A stretch of DNA of 63,420 nucleotides, counting the filler, from Folioceros fuciformis (lineage: Eukaryota), in assembly GCA_049999805.1 (NCBI GenBank). It is 10 parts of 10 records of this genome, joined end to end, with 100 filler letters (N's around TTAATTAATTAA, not from the genome) between each part and the next. Parts side by side here need not be neighbours in the genome. Positions count along the whole stretch, not along the records: positions 1 to 15,096 come from JBNGIO010000944.1; 9 more parts are not named here. One strand, written 5' to 3'. How positions within the stretch are numbered: position 1 is the stretch's first letter; the number at the start of each line of letters is the position of its first letter. The position numbers and the translations under genes are program-made. This document shows positions 1-10,996 of the stretch, piece by piece. The notes under the pieces were generated by a model. It was not told where the DNA came from, searched no databases, and saw nothing but the letters and a program-made list of their open reading frames with translations.

Positions 1-431
1 GGGGGGGGCGCCCGACTTAGCGGGGGGACCAGACTCGCCCGCCAGAGCGCCAAAGGCAGGGACGCCCGGCCGCGCCAGGCCTTAACGCCCAGGGCACAAG
101 TGCCGTGCCTAAGCAGACGTCGTTGACCAGGCCATCGGCGCCATGTCGCGTCCAGGCCAAAGAGCGTCGCGAACGCCGGAGGACGGACACCGTGGGTGAC
201 GAGAGGGACACGAGCGCGGGCGACGCGAGCGTGGGCATCAAGGTACGAACAACGCGAGCGCAAGCTAGCTGAATCCCGGCCACGGGGCGGCGAGATCTCA
301 GTCGGAGGATTGAGGCCCGTCGAGTCGACTTGTTGACAATCGATTCAAAACGAGAGTGAGGGCAACTGAATCTACATTACATTTCAACAGTTTCTAACTA
401 ACATTTTGCTTGATGTGCATCTAGTTGAAAC

Positions 432-2720
432 ATGGCATCCTCAGAAAACGTCATGTTCAATATCGAGAAGTTAGATGGTACTAACTTCCCGTTCTGGAAA
501 GAACAAGTGTATAATGTCTAGTGCAAAAGAAGACGTGTTCTTCAATGAGACCAAGATGCACAAGAAGCCTACTCCAACTGTGGAAGTGCGACAGGTGGTC
601 TTTCAAGAAGATGGATTTGACCGTCCCGCACAGGTTAAACGTCGTGATGTGCAGGAACAAGTTTCTCCACTTGTATAAGAGGAGAGAGTGCAACCAGCTC
701 TGGTCGAGGCACCAGTGCTTCGTAGGTCAGGAAGGATCTCACGTTTTCCTGACAAGTATATTGCATCTCTTGATTATGTCATGCTGACGGATTGTGAGGA
801 GCCCTCTTGTTACCAAGAGGCCATGTCAGTGACTGACAAGTGGGAGAAGGCAATGCAGTCGCAGATGGATTCGCTCCACAAGAACCAAACTTAGGAGTCG
901 GTTCGGTTGCCTAAGGGCAAGAAGGCGTTGCCATGCAAATGGGTGTATAAGATGAAGGACATACCCCATTATGGCAAACCCAAGTACAAGGCACGATTGG
1001 TTGCTAAGGGTTTTAAGCAATAGCAAGGTATTGACTTTGATGACATTTTCTCGCCAGTTGTTAAAATGACCACCTTGCGATGTGTCCTTGGTCTGGTTGC
1101 GAGGCACGATATGGAACTTATCCAGATGGATGTGAAGTCGATATTTCTGCATAGTAATCTCCAGGAAGAGGTATACATGCAGCAAGCAGAGGGTTTCATT
1201 GAGAAGGGCAAAGAGAGTCTGGTGTGCAGGTTAAAGAAGAGCCTTTATGGTTGAAGCAGGCACCCAAGGAGTGGCATTTCAAATTCCACTCGTTTATGCT
1301 TTCTCAAGGCTACAAACGTAGAAATGAGGATCATTGCCTCTATACAAAGCAAGCTAAGGATGAAAGCTTGCTCATTCTGGTCCTCTATGTGGATGATATG
1401 CTAATTGCTAGGACTAATAGTGATGAGATTTCAGCGTTGAAGTCAAAGTTGAATGGTCGCTTTGACATGACAAACTTGGGAGAGGCAAGCCATATTCTTG
1501 GCATGCGTATTCGTCGAGACAGACAAAAGCATTTGCTTTACTTGTCTCAAACTGAATACATAAACAAGGTGCTTCAACGTTTCAATATGGAGAAGGGGAA
1601 GGTATTGAGTACTCCGTTGCCTCCATATGTGAAACTTTCGAGCAAAGATTGCCCAAGCTCTACGGAGGACAAAGCTGAAATGGAGAAGGTTCCATACTCA
1701 TTTGCTATGGGGAGTTTGATGTATGCAATGATTGCTACGCGTCCTGACATTGCATTTGCAGTGGGAGTGGTTAGCAGGTTTATGTCAAACCCTGGCAGGA
1801 AGCATTGGGAGGCAGTGAAAGGAGTTATGAGGTACTTGAATGGTACAAAAGCTTTGTGCATATGTTTTGGTGGTGAAGATGCGTTTGTCATGGGAGATAT
1901 GGATGCTGATTATGCAGGGGATACAGACAAAAGGAGGTCCACATCAGGTTATGTCTTCATGTGCACTGGAGGGGCAGTCTCATGGCGATCGCGTTTGCAA
2001 TCGTGCATAACTCTATCTACCACAAAGGCCGAGTATGTTGCAGCGACTGAGGCATGCAAGGAAGCCATGGGGCTTGCTCGTCTAGTGAGAGATTTGGGAA
2101 TCAAGGTTAAGCTGCCAGTGTTGCACTATGATAGCCAGAGTGCTATCCAATTGGCGAAGAATGCAGTGTTTCATGCAAAGACCAAACATGTGGAAGTGAA
2201 GTATCACTTCATTCGAGAGATGTTGGAAGACAAGAGGGTACAACTTGTCAAAGTTTACACCAGTCAGAACCCTGTCGAAATTCTTACCAAGGAGCTCTGT
2301 ACGGAGCAATTCGCACAAGCTTGGACACCCATGGGCCTCAAGTAGACCACTCTCCTATAAAGGTAAATTGTCCTTTAGGTGGGAGATTGTAGGGTATTAA
2401 AGCCCAATGTGCTTAGACTAATGTGTTTAGTGTAAGATTAGTGTCTAGTTAAGTATCATTTGTTTAGATTAGCTTAAGCTAATCTGTAGGAAGCTTCTTG
2501 CGTAGCTTCTTATGCGCTTCTTGTGAAGCTTCCTAGAGAGCTCTTATAGAGGGTATAAATACCCCCTTGAGCTCCCTTGCATATTGAGACCTTTTGTGAG
2601 AGCGTGAATCTCTTTCTCTTCTCCTCCTTGCCTCATCCTCTCCTTTCCTTTACCATGCAGCTCCTTTAGCGATCCTTCACCTTCCCTCCATCTCATAAGC
2701 CTTGCACAAATCCACTCACA
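432..2720 (+). mobile_element. Degenerate, internally deleted Ty1/copia LTR retrotransposon (gag N-terminus, integrase tail, RT, RNase H, PPT, 3' LTR)
   Basis: ATG at 432 gives MASSENVMFNIEKLDGTNFPFWKEQ (copia gag N-terminus). RT motifs CKWVYKMK, YKARLVAKGF, LYVDDML, TRPDIAFAV and RNase H motifs DADYAGD, STT(K)AEY, KTKHVEVKYHFIRE follow. In-frame stops at 892 and 1021 and a frameshift near 1250. PPT AGGTGGGAGAT at 2377-2387 is followed by TGT. Right end approximate. Confidence 0.92.
2388..2720 (+). repeat. Probable 3' LTR of the copia element
   Basis: Starts TG immediately after the PPT and has TATAAATA near 2554. The ...CACA end near 2720 is a guess; no 5' LTR is available for comparison. 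Confidence 0.55.
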
Positions 2721-2789
2721 CTATATCTTGAGATAGAAGAGCATGCTTGACTTCTTTGTCCATGCCTTTCTATAACCAACTAAAAATCA

Positions 2790-4420
2790 TTATAACATGG
2801 AAATTGGTAATCAAACTCCTTCTTAAATGCGTCCACCCCCTTCTAACCACACTCAACATTACTCCATTAGTGACCGTCTTATAACATACCTTATCTGCTG
2901 GTTTTGGTAAAGATTTACAACTGCTAGACCACGAGATATAGTTTAAAGTGAGATATAATCTAAGACCAAAAGCCGGCCAAACCTTGCAATGGTAAGCAAA
3001 GCACATCATCTACACAAAAAGGCTTGGTTGAACAAAGGAAAATTTTCATCTCCAAGTAAAAACCACATAGACTAAAAGAGCGGAGAGCAGTTATTTGTGT
3101 CTAGCTGAGGACTATTAGGCAAGATATTGTCCAAAGACCTTCCTTGCAAGACTATGTGTGTGTGCTCCAAGAGTTAAGTGACAAAGCTTTTCCAAGGATA
3201 AATAGAAGGATCTATTGCTCTAATAATCTATTGTGGATAAAGAGCCTTCGTCTTTTCTAAGAGGATCAACATATGTAAGCCCCCTAGCTGCTTGGGTTGT
3301 GTTATTTGAAGTCAAGAAACGTTCTCCACTATGGCTGTTCCCTCGATATTGTGGTTCCACAAGAAGTTGAGTAGAACCCGCTAGAATCTATGGTAGTCCA
3401 ACTTTGACTGGGCCTAGAGTAAGAGGAAGTACCAAAAGGAGGGCGTTAGAATGTAGTTTATCTCCATCAATTTGCTGACAAGGTTGAGCTAAAGAAGTTA
3501 TAGGCTTTTTGCTTTTTGAATAAGCTTGCGGAAGATGTATTTGCCTATCTCTTAATTCTTCTCGATCTCCTAAAATAGAACTCTTAAGTACTTGTGGGAA
3601 GAGCCACGGTGTACTCATGTAATGTGCCTGATGCAATGCGGAATCTCATCCCCCATGTTCAAGCATAAAATCCAAGTCAACCTAGTTGACCTTACATTAT
3701 GAGAGTTTTTTAAAGGTATGAACCTATTATAACATTTCCTTCAGAGGGGTCTTTGCGGATGTTGAGAAGAGCATAGTGTTGTGTGCAAAAGCTAAAATGC
3801 AAAGTTGAGACCCTGGAGCTTTAATCCCTTTAATGTTTGTGTCATGCTTAGAAGAAAATTAGTGACAATAATAAATAAAGAGGGAGGAAGAGGGCAACCT
3901 TGCCGGATGGATGGGGTGATGTTAGACTCCTCATTAAAGGAGCTGTTAAGAGTGACCTTTGCGCCAACCTCCTAGCAAAGAATGATCCATTTGCAAAAGG
4001 AATTGCCCAACGTCAAACTACGAAGACATTGCTATAGAAAGTGCCGATTCACTAAGTCATAGGCCTCGAAGAAGTCAGGGGATGTGAGGACTACCATTTT
4101 TTGCTACTTAAGAACGTTGTACTTGGTTTCTTCCAGTAAAATTTGGTTGTCTACAATACACTTATTCTCGATGAAACCCCTTTGCTCATGCTCAATCCAA
4201 TCATCAAGAAAAGGCTTGAGGCGGTTTGCCAAGACCTTTGTGATCACTTTGCACATGGTCATCACCAAGATGATGGATCTCTAGTTGGAAATAAAGAGGC
4301 TTATGTCCTACTTAAGGCAACAAAGAAATAATGCCCAAGTCGGACGAGCTCTCCATGTTGCCTTCCTTCCATAGCCTATTCACTACTTCCATAAACAAAT
4401 GCGGTCATAAACTCGCAACC
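2790..4420 (-). mobile_element. Decayed L1-type LINE ORF2 (reverse transcriptase and downstream region)
   Basis: Manual minus-strand translation gives GIISLLP, CKVITKVLANRLKPFLDDWIEHEQRGFI, DFFEAYD, SIRQGCPLPPSLF (about 3870-3915), LAFAHNTML (FADD equivalent) and QPKQLGGLH (about 3270-3300). Many stops and frameshifts. Confidence 0.85.
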
Positions 4421-4689
4421 GAGAGGAATTTTCCTCGATCACAAATTAAATTGTCTTCCTTCTTCTCACTTTGAGCGACTGGTGAGCAACCTGCTTTTAC
4501 TTAAAGAAGCCAAGTACAACAACATGCATCTACACAATCAAGTAGGTTGTTTGCAGTAAAAGCAAGCCCTTTCGGGTTGTTCCTCCTTTCTTTTGAGGTA
4601 GATGGGGACCTCCATATCGTTTACAATGAAATATATAATTTCTTAATATGCACATCATACAAACCTACAACGTTAAAGTGCAACATCTT

Positions 4690-4955
4690 GAAGAGGTAGC
4701 TTGAGAGTTGTCAATAGATGTTGGGCTTGAGTGACGTGCTTTCTTGAGGATGTAAGTTAGTAATTGTCCATGGACGTCGGGCTAAGATTGGGTTCCCGAG
4801 GAGGTAGTTTGCTAATTATCCATGGACATGGGGCTAAGCTTGGGTTCCCGAGGAGGTAGTTTGCTAATTGTCCATGGACTTTGGGCTAAGCTTGGGTTCC
4901 CGAGGAGGTAGTTTGCTAATAGTCCATGGACGTTGGGCTAAGGTTGAGTTCTCGT
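4690..4955. repeat. 52-bp tandem minisatellite, about 5 copies (outer copies degenerate)
   Basis: Unit GAGGAGGTAGTTTGCTAATTGTCCATGGACNTNGGGCTAAGCTTGGGTTCCC starts at 4798, 4850 and 4902. Confidence 0.9.
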
Positions 4956-5536
4956 GTTGTCTCAACTGCCTTACAAACTATCATGTCACGTAAAAGGACA
5001 AAGGGCATACATTGCTATATATAGCTTGCAAAGTTGTATATGGGGCTTCAGAAACTATGGTTTTAGGTACACTCAAAGATGCTTGGATTTTTAATGACAG
5101 ATGCCATGTTAGTCTCTGACTATTTTTCTTATGATGTGATAATGCAACATAACATGAGAAAACATGAAGTGGGAAAACACCCTTGAAGTGCTGGTCAAGT
5201 TTTAAGGTGCCTTAGAACATATGCAAATATCATATTACTTTTATATAGGCTTAAAGGTTGGAGGTAGGTTGGCATGCATGGGAACCCACTCCAAGTGGTG
5301 CTGAGTGTAGTGTTGTGAGAGGTTGTGGAGGTAGGGGAAACTTTCACGGAATGATTTCTTTTATGATCTTATGATTAGTCTAAAATTAATTAAAATTCCA
5401 CTTCTCATATAAGAATAACCAGAGACCCTACTCAGGTAGTGATCACGGATGAGTCGTCTCTCCTAGGCCTTTGGTTTTAAATATGTAGTTCCTTACCCAA
5501 GTTTCAGCCTTATTCAGTGTAGGTACTTCAAAGTTA

Positions 5537-5579
5537 TGGGCCATAAGAGGACCGAAGCTGTGAGAAGAGCTAAACCCTA
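5537..5579 (+). promoter_or_regulatory. Site II (TGGGCC) plus telo-box (AAACCCTA) upstream of the cyclophilin gene
   Basis: TGGGCC at 5537-5542 and AAACCCTA at 5572-5579. This pair is common in plant promoters of RNA-processing and translation genes. Both motifs are short and could be chance. Confidence 0.4.
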
Positions 5580-5936
5580 GCGACGGAACAACATAAGTTG
5601 TGGAGTGAGAAGGGGTTTGAGCGATGGTCATGGCCACTGTCCGTGGTCTGGCGTCTTCATGAGAGCCCAGAACACGGCGTTCCAATCTTTCTTGTAGCTC
5701 GCTGTGCCGCTCAGGAGCTCAGTGTCCCGGCTGCCGCTGAGCTACGGTCTGGCCTGGTGGGATTTATCTTGCAGGGCCACGGTGAACACGGGTAGGTTCT
5801 AGGGGCTATGCTAGTTGGTCCGGGCCTCCTCAATGGATTAGAGCTTTCAGGCGCGCCGGTGTAAGCCACTGTGCGCTTTTGGCGTTTGGAGGTCGAGTTG
5901 ACTGAGGTGGACTGCAGGTGCTGGGTGGCTGCGAAG

Positions 5937-8900
5937 ATGGCGGACACCAAACCCAATCCGAGGGTCTTTTTTGATATTGCTGTGGGCAAGAGTCCTATCG
6001 GAAGGATAGTCATGGAGGTGAGTCTTCTGCCTTGTGCCCTATACCTAGGATGTGGAGCTGAATCCTCATGCCAGCCCAGTTGAGTCGCTAGTTGGTTGTT
6101 GCTTACTGACCTTGATGAGTGTGTCGCAGCTGTACGCTGACATTGTTCCGAAGACTGCGGAGAATTTCCGAGCTCTCTGCACCGGTGAGTGGAAGGGCGA
6201 GGGGTTTTATTTTTCCGTAGGTTGAGTGCCTTCTGTGTTTTTTGTTTTCTGAGCGGTTGGGAATGTGCTTCCATCTGGATGCCAATTGTCGCAGTTCTGT
6301 CACTGGTTTCGCCTGCAGCTGGGTTCGGATGTGACCTTCCAAGTGTTTTTTCTTGTTTACCTGGAAGTTTTTCTCGCTACACTGTGCCCTGGCACACAGT
6401 GCGTGTATTCTTGAAGCTTTTTGTATGCGGTACAGGTGAAAAAGGCACAGGGCGTCAATCCGGAAAACCCTTACACTACAAAGGGACGATTTTCCATCGA
6501 GTGATTAAAGGGTTTATGGCCCAAGTAATTGACATTCATATCTCCTTTTCCTTCTCTTGATTTTGTTCTTTGATATGCTGTGACATTTGTCTTAATCTCA
6601 CCACGTTATGCTGGTGCTGCAGGGTGGTGACTTTGTCAAAGGAGACGGTAGGGTCGGCTTTCTATGTTCATATTGGTTATGACAGTCTGCCACGTACAGT
6701 ATGTTCTCTGAGCTAGCCTGATGGGTTATGTGCTTTTCAATGTAGGCACTGGTGGAGAGAGCATTTATGGCGGGAAGTTTCCAGGTATGTCAATCTTTTG
6801 GGTGTACAAGTTTCCTGAGATTGAGGTTTTAGTGTGCACGGTTGTACCTTAGTGCCGAGATGTACGGTTTATCAGTGTACTATGTCCTTATCTCCATTTT
6901 ACGTTTTCTGCAGATGAAAATTTCAAGTTGAAGCACAATGGACCTGGAATTGTCTCCATGGCAAACGCCGGACCTGATACGAATGGCTCCCAATTCTTTT
7001 TGACTTTCACCGAATCGCCTCATCTTGATAGGTATTGCTCTCTCTCCATGGCTCTTAACGATCTTGCCTGGTGTCATACCCTAGTCGCCAGCCATCAATC
7101 TGGCTGCCCCTGTTGCCTGTTCCCGCCAGTTAGATGGATGGCAACGCGCTATGGAGTTATTTCTCCGAATTGCCCAATACTGACACATGCTTGAGGAGTG
7201 GGGGTGCAGGCGTGGGTTCTTGTCTTGGCGGATTGACATGGCGTAAGTGATGTGCTGTCTGCTTTGTACTTTATTGACAAAAGCTTCATTGTTTATAATT
7301 TTTTGTAGGACTGCAAGCTACCTTTACACTCGTCATTGTACAGTACGCATTACCCTGTGTTTACACAGTGACGGGGTGAGGCAAAGTTTGGTTTGTGCCT
7401 GTGCAACTGTCTGAACGTCTATAATCTGTCTTCCTCTCCGTCGGAGCTGTTTCTGAAAAAAAGAAAAGGTCAGCAGCAGGCATTAATGAACACGTCAATG
7501 TTTCTGTGTTTGCAGGGTACATGTTGCATTTGGGAAGGTTGTGGAGGGCTTTGAAGTTCTGAAGAAGATTGAAGCACAACCTGTAGTGAAAGCAAGGCCT
7601 GAAATACCTGTCAAGATTGTTGATTGTGGCGAAATTTTCGTTGAGGACACTGACAATGGTGCACCTGCTAGTCGTAAGTTTTTACTTAGTTACGTTCTTG
7701 TCCGTAGCTTTTTGGCCCTTAGGATTTGATGTCCATTCCCTGGAATCATTCAGTGTGACCCGCTGGGAATTGCAGCAGTGACTGAGGACAATGCGCTTTT
7801 GCTGTCTCCATACAGGGAAAAAAAAGGCCAAGTCCTCCAAGGCGGTCAAGGCTGATTCCTCGAGTGAAGAAGAGCGGACTAAGAAAAAGCGCAAGCGACC
7901 TTCTAAGGATAAGCGTCGGAAGAAACGGAAGCGGCACTATTCTGAGTCAGAGACGGACAGCTCCTCGGTCTCTGACTACTCCTCTGACTCTGACTCCTCG
8001 GAGACATCTTCAAATTCGCAATCCTCTTCAGAAGTAAGTTCATCAAGTGAAGAGAGGAAGCGGCGGCGGAAGAAGAAAACCAAAAAGCATCAGTCAAAGA
8101 GAAAGCGAGACAAGAGAAAGGACAAAAAGCGGAGCCGGAAAGACAAAAAGTCGAAGAAGAAGAAAGTGTACGAGTAAGTGGCACACGTTGGTTGTCCATG
8201 TCCTGTTGTCATGTTGGTCACTCTTTGAGTATTGCAGCTGAAACTCGGGCGGTTTGCAGAAGCTCAGAGAGTGATGACAGCGATACAGAAAGTGATAGTG
8301 TGAGTGACAGTGAGAGTGATTCGAGCTCTGAGAGTGAAAGGGAAGCCAAGAGTGCTGCCCACAAAGCCAAGGCTGCTTCGAAGTCTCTGCCTCGAGTTAT
8401 GAAAGATAGTGGTAATTCTAATCTGACATTTCTTTCTTTTGTCTGTCTGTGGTTTGCTATCATTTCTGCTGGTACTTTTGATTTCCTTGACAATTGGCTT
8501 TTAACAGGTAAGGCTCTGGCACGATCTGATCTAGTTACTCCTCTTCCAAAATCTGACGTAGACAAGGTGAAGGAGAAGCAGGATGTTATAAGCGAAGATG
8601 ATCACGAGGAGGATGTGGATTTGCAAAATGGCACAACAGCTAAAGAAGATGTCATGAAAGAAATGTTGGTTGTGAAGGAAAAAGGCTTATCACCGCCACC
8701 AGTAGAACGGCGCAGTCGTTCAAGGTGTGACAACGCCTGGCTTGTTACAGTCGTATGGCATGACTGTTCTCTGCTGCATCAGTTGCCTTGCCTTGGTGTG
8801 CAGAGGCTTGCCTGTGTAGGAATGAACCAAGTCTGAATGGATGTGAACCTTCTGCAGGAGCCCGCGTGTGAGTGTGAGTCGGAGCCCAAGGAAGAGTGCC

Positions 8901-10013
8901 AGTCCAAGTTTGAGCAGGAGTCCTAGTGCGAGCCCAAGAGGTTTGGTCACCAAGGATGTTAGTAGGTCACCAAGCGCAGCGAAGAGGCCTAGCCCAAGGG
9001 GTTTACCGGCAAAGGATGTAAGTAGGTCACCTAGCCCGGTGAACAGGGAAAAGGCCAAGAGTGCTCCCCCTCCTCCACGCTCTCCTAGTCATTCTCCTCC
9101 CAGATCTCGGAGCCCAGAGGGAACCCCTAAACGGATAAGAAGAGGTCGTGGCTTCAGCCAGCAGTATGCTTACGCGAGGCGCTACAGGACCCCCTCCCCA
9201 GACCGCTCTCCTCCTCGTCCTTACCGATATGGCGGCAGGGGAGCAAATGACCGCGACCGGGACAGACTTGATCGAGGAAGGTATGGTTAACCTCAGTCCT
9301 TTTTGTCTGGTGGTAGTTCGTACGGTTGTGCAATTCTAAACCTTGTGTTTCCTCTATGGTCTGAAGGTATGGTGGCTATCGCGGATACAGGGATCGTTCT
9401 CCCCCAAGGCGGTACAGGAGCCCCCACAGGGGCAGAACACCTCCAAGGTCTGTGATTTTTACCATACGCCATACTGGTCGGAGTTCTTGTCTTTTCTGTA
9501 CGGTGTATCTGTTCTTTTTTCTCGGGGAGTTCTACTTAGTCACATCTGGTGCACAGATATCGCAGGAGTAAGAGCAGAAGTCTCAGTAGAAGTAGAAGTC
9601 CAATGGGTCGTCGGGACAGGGGCAGACCAAACTACAGCCGCAGTCCAAGCCGCAGTCGAAGTCCTGCAGAGGGTCATCCGCGCATCAGTGACAATCTTCG
9701 GGCTCGTCTGGGGCCACGAGCGACACAGGTTAAGGATGCAGATAGCAACGGAGCCGGTAAAGTCAGGAAGAGTGCCTCTGCAAGCAGGAGTTCATCTGAA
9801 ACCAGGTCTCCTAGGAGGTCAGCATCCGAGAGCCCACCACCTCGGGGTAGAGGGCTAGTGTCTTATGGGAAGGAAAAGGTAGACGCAAGTTCTCGGAAGG
9901 TTAGATCACGTTCGGGATCCTCCAGTAGGTCCCCCTCGAGAAGCAGATCTCCTCCTGGGAATGCTGGGCTGGTATCCTACGGTGATGGAAGCCCGGATTC
10001 GCGGTCCAAGTGA
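5937..10013 (+). CDS. CYP63: Multi-exon cyclophilin-type PPIase with Arg/Ser-rich C-terminus (CYP63/CYP95-like nuclear splicing cyclophilin)
   Basis: Exons read [86 protein letters not shown] Lys/Ser-rich region and RS domain follow, with [22 protein letters not shown] and terminal [15 protein letters not shown] junctions are consistent. Confidence 0.93.
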
Positions 10014-10996
10014 GGTTGCTCGGGATTTCATAAGGACAGGAAGGTTCCTATAGTTGTGGGGTTTCAGGCCTTAGATGAACTCCTGAATCTCTGCTGTAGA
10101 CGCTGTTCTCTGCTCTACCCGCCAATGTTGCCATCGGCTGTCGTGCTCCCGTGTTTTTTGTTCAAAAAGCTGAACTACGTTAGAAGTGTTCATGTGGTAC
10201 AGTTGAATGTTTGAACTGTTAGCTCCTTGGGAGTTTTTGGTTTTACTGTAATTGCCATGTACTGTTTCAGAAGAAAGCTCTTCATAGACCGGCATTTCAG
10301 ATAACCGGAAGCAGAAGACTAAATTTTTTCCTGCTTCAGCTTCCAGAAAGCTATCTATATATAGAGCTGCGTCAATTTAGACTGGTTACCAATTCGATTT
10401 CTGTTGCCAGCTATCAATTGATTAAACTGATACACAAGATACATATTACCTCATATTATATATACTTTCTTTGTTTAAGGTTGCCATTCCTTTTAACTTC
10501 TCACTTCCTAATCGTTGGACGGGTGTTCACCTAAACGCAAGTTTAGATCAAGCGCTGAGACCTTTGACTAATCTTTGCAAGTTGACAATATGAATCCAAA
10601 GCTAGAAGTATGCTGATCAAGACAGTATTGAGGAAGTACGATTGCTCACCTTCCATACAGAAAATCAAAGTAGAACAAAGAATATGCTATTCATTTCCAA
10701 AGGTATAAAGGCATCTTAGTACTTCTCTCAAGTCGCCTTTGGTATTATATCAGGGTAAGGTGAGACATCCTCAGCGCAAGGTTATAACCTTTGAAATAAA
10801 ACCCATGTCATTCACCCGCCTCCCGATCCACAGATCTAAGATCGTAGCGCTTAACCACTTCCGATTGCTTAATGCTGCGCTTAATGCTGCAGCTCTATTC
10901 TGGTACCAGCACTTGAATCATGACGACGTTCGGGACTGTGCACCAGGCGGAAGCAATTGTTAGCTTCTCCGCCTGTTTTGTACGACTGTGATCACC

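Noticed and set aside
4690-4955. 52-bp repeat as a CRISPR array
   Set aside because: The units are contiguous with no variable spacers.
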